NCBI GenBank assembly: GCA_964654285.1
Contig: CAZZJC010000021.1
Span: 5,249-69,248, forward strand
DNA length: 64,000 bases
From: an uncultured Candidatus Kuenenia sp.
Lineage (GTDB): Bacteria > Planctomycetota > UBA11346
Direction: 5' to 3'
The position numbers and the translations under genes were made by a program. This document shows positions 1 to 9,167 of this stretch, in pieces (the first letter of the stretch is position 1; each line of letters starts with the position of its first letter). The notes below the pieces were generated by a model. It did no database searches. It had not been told where the DNA came from and was given only the letters and a program-made list of their open reading frames with translations.

Positions 1-3000
1 CCGAGAATGTCGCCGTCTTCCCCAATGTGACCGCCTGATCCTCGGGCATGCTTGTCATTGCGGGTGCGGTCCCAGTCGGCTTCACGGTCAAAGTCGCAGC
101 ATTCGTCATGGTGATTCCGATGCTATTCGAAACGACCACCCGGAACAACGCACCATTATCCATGATGGATGCCGCGTTTGTGGTGAAGCTCGATGCCGTT
201 GCACCGCTTATCGTGGTCCAGGTCTTGCCAGCATCGTTCGAACGCTGCCATTGGAAGGTCATTGCAGACGCGCTCGTCGCAGAGCATGAGAACATCGCCG
301 GCTTTCCGACAGTAACCTCGTAATTCGCTGGATGTGAGGTGATCGCTGGGATCTCCCCGGGACTCGTTACAGCCAGGACCGCATCATCCGAGACCACACT
401 GCCCGCACGGTTGCTGGCAACCACGCGGAATCTGGCGTTGTGGTCGCCGATGACGGTTGCGGCGGTGATGTACGTCGCCGCGGTCGCACCGCTGATGGCC
501 GTCCACGTTTTGCCAGCATCGTTCGAACGCGACCACTGGAAGGTCGGCGCCGGCGTGCCGCTGGCCGCTGCGGTGAAGGTCGCGGTCTGGCCGACCGTGA
601 CCGACGCGTTGGCGGGTTGAGTGCTGATCGCCGGTGCCACCGTGGGGATGGTGGCCGTCAGGACGGCTACGTTCGATGTCGCGCTGCCTGCACTGTTGCT
701 GGCGACCACGCGGAATCGGGCGTTGTGGTCGCCAATGACCGTTGCCGGGGTGATGTACGTCGCTGCCGTGGCACCGGCGATCGCGGTCCAGGTGCCTCCG
801 TCATCGTTCGAACGCGACCACTGGAAGGTGGGCGCCGGCGTGCCGCTGGCCGCTGCGGTGAAGGTCGCAGTCTGGCCGACCGTGACCGATGCGTTGGCGG
901 GTTGAGTGCTGATCGCCGGTGCCACCGTGGGGACGGTGACGGTCAGGACAGCCGCATTCGACGTGGCATTGCCGGCGCTGTTGCTGGCGACGACGCGGAA
1001 TTGGGCGTTGTTGTCACCGATGACCATCGCGGCGGTGGTGTACGTCGCCGCGGTCGCACCGCTGATGGCCGTCCACGTTTTGCCAGCATCGTTCGAACGC
1101 GACCACTGGAAGGTCGGCGCCGGCGTGCCGCTGGCCGCTGCGGTGAAGGTCGCAGTCTGGCCGACCGTGACCGATGCGTTGGCGGGTTGAGTGCTGATCG
1201 CCGGTGCCACCGTGGGGACGGTGACGGTCAGGACAGCCGCATTCGACGTGGCATTGCCGGCGCTGTTGCTGGCGACGACGCGGAATTGGGCGTTGTTGTC
1301 ACCGATGACCATCGCGGCGGTGGTATACGTCGCCGCGGTCGCACCGCTGATGGCCGTCCACGTTTTGCCTCCATCGTTCGAACGCGACCACTGGAAGGTG
1401 GGCGCCGGCGTGCCGCTGGCCGCTGCGGTGAAGGTCGCGGTCTGGCCGACCGTGACCGACGCGTTGGCGGGTTGAGTGCTGATCGCCGGTGCCACCGTGG
1501 GGATGGTGACCGTCAGGACAGCCGCATTCGACGTGGCATTGCCGGCGCTGTTGCTGGCGACGACGCGGAATTGGGCGTTGTTGTCACCGATGACCATCGC
1601 GGCGGTGGTGTACGTCGCCGCGGTCGCACCGCTGATGGCCGTCCACGTTTTGCCAGCATCGTTCGAACGCGACCACTGGAAGGTGGGTGCAGGCGTGCCA
1701 CTGGCCGCTGCGGTGAAGGTCGCGGTCTGACCGACCGTGACCGACGCGTTGGCGGGTTGAGTGCCGATCGCCGGTGCCACCGTGGGGACGGTGACGGTCA
1801 GGACAGCCGCTTTCGAGGTCGCACTGCCGGCGCTGTTGCTGACCACGACGCGGAATTGGGCGTTATGGTCGCCGATGACCGTCGCCGGGGTAGTGTACGT
1901 CGCTGCCCTGGCACCGACGATCGCGGTCCAGGTGCCTCCGCCATCATTCGAACGCGACCACTGGAAGGTGGGCACCGGCGTCCCACTGGCCGCAACCGTG
2001 AAGGTTGCGGTCTGGCCAACCGTGACCGAAAGGTTGGCGGGCTGAGTGATGATCGCCGGAGCCGCGATGTTGTTCCCCCCCTGGCTGAGTCCGGTTACGG
2101 CAAGCGAGTAATCCTGATTGCCGTATCTCAGCGACCCCTTGTGGCTGACCGTCAGCGTGTAATTCCCCTGCATCGGCGCACTGATCAGAACCTGTTCCAC
2201 GTTATCGGTCGTATTGTCACCAGGAACAGCCTTGCAGTAGATTCCACCCCAATCCGTGTTCAGCGAACCCCGATCGAAGGGCGGATAGAAATCGCTGCCT
2301 ACGACAAATGGCATGACGAAGGGACGATAGACGCTGCCATCTGGGCCGATGAGTCGCAGGTCCAGATCATTCACCAGCGCCCCGGTGCGCGTGGTAATGG
2401 GCAAGCGAACGGAGGAAGCGGGTGCAGGATCAAGCCAGGCCAGGGTCACCCGGATCGGATTTGCTCCATCGCAGGTATAGCTTCGAGTGGAAACGGTTCC
2501 CTGAGCCAGGTTGGATTCCACGATGACCCCGGATGATGGCTGGTCAGCCTGGCGTTTCACGATGCTGCCCGCAGCCAGGACATTCACGTAACCCCAGCCG
2601 AAATTATAGTCCGGACCGGATACCCCCATGTCGTCCGCCGTGTTGATCAATAACGCCTTCAGGGTTGATGAGCGCAGATACTGACCGGGAAAACGTTTAC
2701 GGTAGTAGTCGATCAATACGACTGCACTTCCAGCCGCATTGGGTGATGACATGCTGGTACCGGTTCTACTGGCATAGTTATCATTGGGATAGGTTGATAA
2801 CAGACCTGAACCATTGGCAGTGAGATCCGGCTTGATCCGTCCACCAAAGGTTGGACCCCGGGATGAACTGGATTCCAATCCGACTGGTGCCACCACCCTT
2901 CCCTGGGCATCGCGTTCCAGGTCCAGGGCATTGGCGATGTCGAGACCGTTCTTGCTGATATTATTCATTCCAGCCATGGTATTTAAGGAATTTCCAGCGG

Positions 3001-4201
3001 AAAAGAACTGCAGATAGAAGGGGGTGTCGTATAATGCGCTATCCATGGATGAACTGGAATTATCGTAATAAGGTTCTTCAGTATGGCCATGACCGTCTGC
3101 CGGGCGTGGTCCGATGGCGCCCCAGCTCAGTGACGCATTGCCGACCACTGAACGATCGGGCTGTCCGGACGTATGCATGCCACCATTCAAAATGTGGGAT
3201 CCGTAGAGATTATAATAGGATCGGAACAACACCTCTGGCGCCATCCCCTTGGCCGCGGGATTGATGCCAGTAGCCCCGATGGTTCCAGCGACATGGGCGG
3301 CGTGTTCAGCATTGTACTGGGTACCGTAGCGGCCGATGATGCGCGAAACCGGGTTTGGCCCGGAAGTCATGAACTCGATATGGTCCGGGATCAAGCCAGC
3401 TTCATGCACCTGGACGATGAGCCCTGCTCCAGTAATGACGCCAACCGATGGATCGAAATCGAGGTTTTCCCGCACCCGGTTCGCATTCGTGCTGATGGCG
3501 GCATTGGCATTGGTGGTGGTCATCCACACGGGAACACCAGCCTCGAATCCGACCAGATGACGGCTCCTTCCGTCGGGATCCTGGCGGATCAGGGGGATGC
3601 CGCGATGAACCGCAACCAGGGGGATCAGGGCCGCGGACATGGTCTCCAACCGCTCCACCCAGGCCCCGTGACGTTGGCGTTCATCCGGTTTCAGATGCTG
3701 GCCATAGAGCTCGCGTGCAGCCAGGATGGCCCTGTGCAGGGTCGATTGATCGGTCGGATCCGCCTGGGGATTATCCCTGCGGAATTCCAGGTAACTTTGA
3801 TGATGCGGCGGTGGCAGAGCCTGGGCGATCGCATCCAGATCCTCAGGCATGACGGTTGACCTGCCGATCTGCGGGGTGCGAGCAACCCCGGATGCCTGGG
3901 GCCCGTCGACGGCTGAAAGTCCGCCCACCGGAATGACCCGGGTCGTATCGACTCGGGAACCTGAATCCGCCCCAGGATCAACGCCGACAGGCGTGGAGGC
4001 CGGGAATGACCTCTGCGCGCAGCCGTCCGGATGCCGCAACCCGGTTTCAACGGCTGGATGTTCCGACCCCATGGAACCGACGGCCTCAGGCACAGACGCT
4101 GCGGGTGCCTCCCGCTTCGAATTCCCCTGCTGCAGGAACAATGCGAGGATGAGTACGGCGACGATGGCAAGGCTCGTCAGCGCACGGGTGCGCATGGTCA
4201 T
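1..4201 (-). CDS. Secreted S8 subtilisin-like peptidase with C-terminal tandem Ig-like (95-aa) repeats; 3' end runs off left edge of window (partial)
   Basis: Reverse-strand translation from the ATG at 4199-4201 gives MTMRTRALTSLAIVAVLILALFLQ, which looks like a signal peptide. A GGAG RBS lies just upstream. Downstream are subtilase motifs: H-motif EHAAHVAGT and Ser-motif GTSMSSPNAAG. From about 2050 to 1 the protein is repeated ...PTVAPAISTQPANASVTVGQTATFTAAASGTPAPTFQWSRSNDAGKTWTAISGATAATYTTAA..., which is Ig-like. No stop codon appears before position 1. The gene is absent from the ORF track because no stop lies in the window. Confidence 0.8.
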   Translation of the reverse strand, partial: MTMRTRALTSLAIVAVLILALFLQQGNSKREAPAASVPEAVGSMGSEHPAVETGLRHPDGCAQRSFPASTPVGVDPGADSGSRVDTTRVIPVGGLSAVDGPQASGVARTPQIGRSTVMPEDLDAIAQALPPPHHQSYLEFRRDNPQADPTDQSTLHRAILAARELYGQHLKPDERQRHGAWVERLETMSAALIPLVAVHRGIPLIRQDPDGRSRHLVGFEAGVPVWMTTTNANAAISTNANRVRENLDFDPSVGVITGAGLIVQVHEAGLIPDHIEFMTSGPNPVSRIIGRYGTQYNAEHAAHVAGTIGATGINPAAKGMAPEVLFRSYYNLYGSHILNGGMHTSGQPDRSVVGNASLSWGAIGPRPADGHGHTEEPYYDNSSSSMDSALYDTPFYLQFFSAGNSLNTMAGMNNISKNGLDIANALDLERDAQGRVVAPVGLESSSSRGPTFGGRIKPDLTANGSGLLSTYPNDNYASRTGTSMSSPNAAGSAVVLIDYYRKRFPGQYLRSSTLKALLINTADDMGVSGPDYNFGWGYVNVLAAGSIVKRQADQPSSGVIVESNLAQGTVSTRSYTCDGANPIRVTLAWLDPAPASSVRLPITTRTGALVNDLDLRLIGPDGSVYRPFVMPFVVGSDFYPPFDRGSLNTDWGGIYCKAVPGDNTTDNVEQVLISAPMQGNYTLTVSHKGSLRYGNQDYSLAVTGLSQGGNNIAAPAIITQPANLSVTVGQTATFTVAASGTPVPTFQWSRSNDGGGTWTAIVGARAATYTTPATVIGDHNAQFRVVVSNSAGSATSKAAVLTVTVPTVAPAIGTQPANASVTVGQTATFTAAASGTPAPTFQWSRSNDAGKTWTAISGATAATYTTAAMVIGDNNAQFRVVASNSAGNATSNAAVLTVTIPTVAPAISTQPANASVTVGQTATFTAAASGTPAPTFQWSRSNDGGKTWTAISGATAATYTTAAMVIGDNNAQFRVVASNSAGNATSNAAVLTVTVPTVAPAISTQPANASVTVGQTATFTAAASGTPAPTFQWSRSNDAGKTWTAISGATAATYTTAAMVIGDNNAQFRVVASNSAGNATSNAAVLTVTVPTVAPAISTQPANASVTVGQTATFTAAASGTPAPTFQWSRSNDDGGTWTAIAGATAATYITPATVIGDHNARFRVVASNSAGSATSNVAVLTATIPTVAPAISTQPANASVTVGQTATFTAAASGTPAPTFQWSRSNDAGKTWTAISGATAATYITAATVIGDHNARFRVVASNRAGSVVSDDAVLAVTSPGEIPAITSHPANYEVTVGKPAMFSCSATSASAMTFQWQRSNDAGKTWTTISGATASSFTTNAASIMDNGALFRVVVSNSIGITMTNAATLTVKPTGTAPAMTSMPEDQAVTLGKTATFS
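48..2045 (-). repeat. Tandem array of ~285-bp near-identical units (at least 7 copies) encoding Ig-like domains of the S8 protein
   Basis: Plus-strand ORFs at 339-620, 621-905, 906-1190, 1191-1475, 1476-1730 and 1761-2045 are almost identical 94-aa antisense translations. Units 906-1190 and 1191-1475 differ by about one residue. A degenerate unit lies at 48-323. Confidence 0.9.
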
Positions 4202-4562
4202 GAATGAACTCCAGGAAGGAAAGAGCTGGGATTGATTTCCCGGCAAGCGGATCAGATTGTATCAGTGCGGGCCGGGATCGCGCGTGCCTATTTTGTCGGT
4301 TTCAGGAGGTTTTCATCGTGGCCGATCACACGCGCAGGGATCTGCGTGACATCATCCGGATCCGACCGTATGGCACCTGTCGCCGTGACGCCATGCGCTC
4401 GGCCGGCGCGAGCCGGCGAGACGGTATTCGTCAGGACATCAGGCAAATCATCCGGGCGCTCCTGCCCGTGGTCGCGGATCAGGCCGCAACCCCAACCCCG
4501 GCTTCATTCCCGCCTGGGCGGAGACGAACTGCCTTCCGCCGTCGCGAACGGTCACCGACGGC

Positions 4563-5567
4563 TCACCTGAGCCGCGTCCGCGCATCCCGTTCCAGCTGCT
4601 CCTGGCGCCAATGATCAGGGGATTTACCGAAGATCCGTCGGAATCCGGCGACGAACGACTGGACGCTGTTGAATGAGCACTTGCGGGCGATGAGCGCGAG
4701 CGACTGATCGGGATTCTCGAGCAGGTATCGGGCAGACGTCTGATAACGCAGATTGCGCAGATAGGCTCCGGCGCTCTGCTTCCTGGCCGCCAGGAACCGG
4801 GTGTTGAAGACCGAGGTGCTCAGGCCGACCATGCCGGCCAGCACCGGTACGGTAAGGCCATAGTCGAAACAGCGTTCGGCAATCCGGGTTGATTCCTCTA
4901 TGACCGGGTCGGCGCATGGTTCGCGACCGGGCAGGAACCGTCCTTCCAGGATTTCAGCGAGAATCCCTCCGAGCCGTCCCTGACAGGTCAGGACGCGCAT
5001 GCCGAAGGATCCTTCCGGACTCCACCACAAGTCACAGATCCGACGGATGGCATACGCGTATTTCCTGCCCAGATCGCCGGTGATGTGCATGGTCATATCC
5101 TGGCCAAACAGCTGCATCCCGGTGGGATGAGGAGGGGACAGGTTCACCGGTCGGTATCCGCCCACCTCCCTGGTCGGCTGCCTGGGTCGTGACACCAGTT
5201 CGAAATCCAGGCGCCAGAACAGAGATGGAGCCCCATTCACCAACCTGATCCTGGCACCATCCACCAGCAGGATCGAGTCCGGATCCAGCCGCAGCCTCCT
5301 GCCTTCGTCAGTCCGGAACTCCAGGGAGGCTCCGATGGTCGTCAGCAGCACCCAGTCACCATAAAAGGGGAACAGGAACTTTTCATGCAATAGACGATTG
5401 GCAAACGACGGGTTTCCCAGCTGCATATTGCGCCAGCGATGCGCCCGCATGATGACTGGCGTCAATGCATCCAACAGCATCGGATCCATGCGGACATTTC
5501 CCACCGCAACGCCTGGGAGACAACCGGCAGCGTCAGGATTGCCGATGACTGTACGGCGGTGTCCCAC
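4563..5567 (-). CDS. AraC-family transcriptional regulator (N-terminal ligand-binding domain, C-terminal AraC HTH)
   Basis: C-terminal ...IAERCFDYGLTVPVLAGMVGLSTSVFNTRFLAARKQSAGAYLRNLRYQTSARYLLENPDQSLALIARKCSFNSVQSFVAGFRRIFGKSPDHWRQ is a typical AraC double HTH. The start is ambiguous, with candidates at 5567, 5489, 5450 and 5426. Confidence 0.7.
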   Translation of the reverse strand: MGHRRTVIGNPDAAGCLPGVAVGNVRMDPMLLDALTPVIMRAHRWRNMQLGNPSFANRLLHEKFLFPFYGDWVLLTTIGASLEFRTDEGRRLRLDPDSILLVDGARIRLVNGAPSLFWRLDFELVSRPRQPTREVGGYRPVNLSPPHPTGMQLFGQDMTMHITGDLGRKYAYAIRRICDLWWSPEGSFGMRVLTCQGRLGGILAEILEGRFLPGREPCADPVIEESTRIAERCFDYGLTVPVLAGMVGLSTSVFNTRFLAARKQSAGAYLRNLRYQTSARYLLENPDQSLALIARKCSFNSVQSFVAGFRRIFGKSPDHWRQEQLERDARTRLR

Positions 5568-5627
5568 TCGGGCCGGACCGCACGGGAATGCGGGCTGGCT
5601 CCGCCGGACGGATCCAGGGGTTTCCGG

Positions 5628-6821
5628 CTATCGCGACCGCGGCGCTGTGCGCCGGACCGCATGATCCGTGTTCGACGCCGCACCCGGCGGACCGGCAGGC
5701 CGCAAACCGGAGCCGGCCATGCGCCACAGCGTCGGGGAAGCCCCATATCGCTTGCGGAAGGCTGCGGCAAACGTGGTCGGATGGGAAAAACCGGCGAGAT
5801 GCGAAACGCGTTCGATGGCGTCCTCGCCGTCGAGCAGCCTCTGCGCCGCCCGTTGCAACCGCTGTTCACGCAACCACTGGGCCGGAGGACAGCCGGTGGC
5901 AGCGGTGAACCGGCGCTGAAATTGCACGAGTGACAGCTTGGCCGACCGGGCCAGCCGAGCCAGGCGGATGGGCCCGTCCGAACCAGCCGCCATGCGCATC
6001 GCACGCACCACCGGATCGACCGCCAGCAGATCCGGGGTGGAATCATGGACTTCCAGCACCGGGGGGACCACCACCCGGCGGAATGGCCCGCGGTCTCCCG
6101 AGAATTGCCGATGCAGCAGCAGGGCGGCATTCCAGCCGACCACCGACATGGGAACCGCCAGCCGGGTCGGGATCGGCAGGTTTCCGAGGTCATCGGTCAG
6201 CGTGGATTGGCATCCGACGACCGCATAATCGCGCCCCAGCACCAGACCGACCGCCAGGCATTCCGAGAGGAACCACATCGCGGCGCGTTCCATCGGAATG
6301 AACATGGCCACCGGACCGGAGCGCGACCGCATCCACTCGCCCAGATGCCGGCGCTGAACCTCCTGGCTTGCGTCGCCGGCCAGGGGTTGGAACTGATCGC
6401 AGCTGCGGGCACGGGTCTGCAGGTGGTCGATGAAGGCTTTGCGCCTGACCTCGTAGTGAGGTCTGTTGACCACCCGGTTCAGGTAGGTCGAGATGGACTG
6501 ATACCCGCGCTCCAGCAGGAATTCAGCCGCCTTTCTTCCGATCGCCACATCATCGGAGATGACGCAGGGCAGGCCTTCGCGGTTGTGTTTGAGCGAGACG
6601 CAGGCGATTCCCTGGGCCTGCAGGTCGAGGATGCGCGTGTCATCGAGGCCGCCGACCAACCCATCGACACGGGGCCGGACCGCATGTTGCATGCCGGGAT
6701 CATAGACGACCTGCCAGTCGAGGGCGTGTTGACGGGCGTAGGCGACCGTTCCCCGGACCAGCCCCTGCGCCGACGACTCCAGCGGCTGGCAAACGGCAAT
6801 GATGCGTTTCCCTCGATCCAT
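5628..6821 (-). CDS. XylR-like regulator: periplasmic-binding-protein-like sugar-binding domain fused to AraC-type HTH
   Basis: N-terminal MDRGKRIIAVCQPLESSAQGLVRGTVAYARQHALDWQVV... resembles a LacI/PBP-type sugar-binding fold. C-terminal ...SLVQFQRRFTAATGCPPAQWLREQRLQRAAQRLLDGEDAIERVSHLAGFSHPTTFAAAFRKRYGASPTLWR is an AraC HTH. Confidence 0.7.
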   Translation of the reverse strand: MDRGKRIIAVCQPLESSAQGLVRGTVAYARQHALDWQVVYDPGMQHAVRPRVDGLVGGLDDTRILDLQAQGIACVSLKHNREGLPCVISDDVAIGRKAAEFLLERGYQSISTYLNRVVNRPHYEVRRKAFIDHLQTRARSCDQFQPLAGDASQEVQRRHLGEWMRSRSGPVAMFIPMERAAMWFLSECLAVGLVLGRDYAVVGCQSTLTDDLGNLPIPTRLAVPMSVVGWNAALLLHRQFSGDRGPFRRVVVPPVLEVHDSTPDLLAVDPVVRAMRMAAGSDGPIRLARLARSAKLSLVQFQRRFTAATGCPPAQWLREQRLQRAAQRLLDGEDAIERVSHLAGFSHPTTFAAAFRKRYGASPTLWRMAGSGLRPAGPPGAASNTDHAVRRTAPRSR

Positions 6822-7099
6822 GCGGCGAATTCCTAGCCAGGGCTGGGGCGAACACCGGTTCGGGCCGGCATGGAGAAGACCGGTCGGTTCAGATGATTAC
6901 CGTGAACCGCGCGTGGACAACCCGGGAGTGGGTGACTGATGGCGAATCCATCGGCGAGAACCGTCCACGTACAGGTCATCGGCCACGTATGAACCTGCGC
7001 CGTCCGGCAACCCCGGCCACAACACCGGTCCGCCTTCCCGCTGCCCTGCCTTCCCTGATTTTGGCGTCCTTGATTCCACCTTCGATCCGGAGCCCCTCC

Positions 7100-8767
7100 A
7101 TGCGATACGCACCCCTGGCGAAACCCTTCATCCTGTTGGCCGTCATGACGGCGGCGGCGCAGGCCGAGCAGACGGCCGGCTACGGGCGCGATGGCTCGCG
7201 CATCTTCCCCGACCGCAAACCGCCCACCGCCTTCTCACTGCCCAAGGATCTGCGTTGGGAATTCCGGCTGAAGGGCTGGGGGCATTCCTCGCCGGTCGTC
7301 GTCCAGGATCAGGTCATCGTGACCATCGAAGCCACACCGGATTGCGATTGGCCCCAGCTGGTCAGCGTCGACCTGAAGACCGGCAAGGAACGTTGGCGGG
7401 CCGTGCTGGATGGGGCCGAGGCCATCTCGGGTGGAGATGCCGCCAAGCGCAAGACGATCACCGACGACTGGCATCTCTTCCGGCAGAAGACCATAAAGAA
7501 CTACCGTTTCCGTGAGGCATTCCGGCAGAATCCGGACAAGGCCCTGAAGGACTGGATCGCCGAGGGCGGGACCTATTCGCCACCCGACCACAAGCCCAAG
7601 ATGTCGCATCCGTGCTATGCCCCGGCCGACGCAGCCCGTGACCGCTGCATCGCCGTCGGCCTGGTCGCGGAAACCTACCACGAGATACGCAACCAATCCG
7701 GCATCGATGCGATCGGCCATACGTTTTCCACCCCGGCCTCGGATGGCAAGACCATCTATGTGGCTACAGCCCAGGGATTCTATGCCGCCTTCGATCTCAC
7801 AGGGAAACGCCTCTGGATGACCTATTCGAAGGGGAACATCCACAACGGCGACACCTGCTACAACGGCCGCTCGCCCATCCTGTACCAGAACCTGCTCATC
7901 TCAGACCCGACCAACAAGCTCCGCGCCTTCGACGTGGTCAGCGGAAAACTGCTCTGGTCCGACGATGCCCCCGCTGGTCCGATGGGGGGGGACGTCGCGT
8001 CGAACAATGACGAGGGCGCGCACACGATCCAATCCCCGATGGTGATGACGGTGGGGGGCAAGGATGTCCTGATCGCAGCAGGCGGCCATTTCTATCTGCT
8101 GCCCGAAGGGAAGCGGGTGAAGATGGACGGGTGGCGCGAATTCGGGATGCAGACCCTGGTCAAGCATGATGAACGCGATGTGGTCTTCTTCGGTGGTGAA
8201 GGCGAACATTGCGGCTGGACGGGCAAGGGCATCTGTCCGACGCCCCCCCCGGCGGCGATCCGTTTCGCCTGGCAGGGTCAGGATCTCAAGGCGACGATCC
8301 TCTGGAGCGGGATCAACGGCAAGCCCTTTGGCGGAAACCTCCCCTGGATGGTCTACAATGCCGGGAAGCTGTTCTGCCCCGGCAGGGGCGCCGTCGATGG
8401 CAAGACCGGGAAGATCCTGTTCGGCGATTTCAACACCAAGCGCATCTATTCGCTGACTGAGACCCCGCGCACCGGCCACCTGCTGCAGATCGCAAACGGC
8501 CATGTCTACGGGCTCCACGGCACGACCAACGTCAAGCCGCAACAGGGGGCCGGATTCATGGATGTCTGCACGATCGATGGGAAGGGCGTCGCCTCCAGCA
8601 TCATCCCTCCCGAGGAGTTCGACGCGTCCGAAACGGCGGCCTGGAGCGGTTGCGCCCTCTATTACAACATCGTGGGCCGATTCTCGCATGGATGGCAGTT
8701 CACCTTCAGCAAGGATGCCATCATCCTGCGGAGCAATCTGCGCATCTATTGCATCGGCCCGAAATGA
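7100..8767 (+). CDS. Secreted PQQ-like beta-propeller repeat protein (BamB/PQQ-repeat family)
   Basis: ATG at 7100 gives MRYAPLAKPFILLAVMTAAAQAEQ, a signal peptide. Repeated W-containing blades follow (GKERWRAVLDG, SGKLLWSDDA). The gene is paralogous to the partial gene at 62869. The ORF-track start at 6893 is probably too far upstream. Confidence 0.6.
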   Translation: MRYAPLAKPFILLAVMTAAAQAEQTAGYGRDGSRIFPDRKPPTAFSLPKDLRWEFRLKGWGHSSPVVVQDQVIVTIEATPDCDWPQLVSVDLKTGKERWRAVLDGAEAISGGDAAKRKTITDDWHLFRQKTIKNYRFREAFRQNPDKALKDWIAEGGTYSPPDHKPKMSHPCYAPADAARDRCIAVGLVAETYHEIRNQSGIDAIGHTFSTPASDGKTIYVATAQGFYAAFDLTGKRLWMTYSKGNIHNGDTCYNGRSPILYQNLLISDPTNKLRAFDVVSGKLLWSDDAPAGPMGGDVASNNDEGAHTIQSPMVMTVGGKDVLIAAGGHFYLLPEGKRVKMDGWREFGMQTLVKHDERDVVFFGGEGEHCGWTGKGICPTPPPAAIRFAWQGQDLKATILWSGINGKPFGGNLPWMVYNAGKLFCPGRGAVDGKTGKILFGDFNTKRIYSLTETPRTGHLLQIANGHVYGLHGTTNVKPQQGAGFMDVCTIDGKGVASSIIPPEEFDASETAAWSGCALYYNIVGRFSHGWQFTFSKDAIILRSNLRIYCIGPK

Positions 8768-9117
8768 GCGGACCGCACCCCCGGTTCGGAGGCCTTCCGT
8801 AAGCGGGCCCGACCCGAAGCGATCCGCCCTTCCTCCGGTTCCGCCACCCTGCTTCCGGCGTCACGACCTGCCGGATCTCCCGGCGGCGGTTCCTGCCTGC
8901 CCCGGCGTGGGGCAGGCAGGGCGGTGGCCACGCCTGCCGCCAGGGAACTGGGACTCCGCCAGCAATCTGCCACGCCTGCCGCGCCGGCTCGGGATCGGCG
9001 GGGACGACCACAATCCACCACCGGCCTGCATGGGAGGCCTTTCGCCCACTCCGGGCCGGACCCAAGCACTCCCCATTCCCCCCCTGTGGACGGGACGGCG
9101 CAGGCACACAAGAGAAA

Positions 9118-9147
9118 ACCCTCGGATTTCTCCGAGGGTTTTCCGCT
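9118..9147. terminator. Bidirectional intrinsic terminator between convergent PQQ-propeller gene and glnA
   Basis: gaaaaccctcgga-tttc-tccgagggttttc has perfect 13-bp arms. An A-run lies on one side and a T-run on the other, so it reads as hairpin plus T-tract on both strands. It sits 21 bp downstream of the glnA stop. Confidence 0.7.
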
Positions 9148-9167
9148 GTTCTGCCGATCTCTACGGA

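Noticed and set aside
440-2536. 698-aa plus-strand ORF (Arg/Gly-rich) across the repeat array, plus the ladder of 91-94-aa plus-strand ORFs (48..2045)
   Set aside because: These are alternative frames or antisense of the minus-strand Ig-like repeat coding sequence. They are low-complexity and Arg-rich, and their periodicity simply mirrors the 285-bp DNA repeat.
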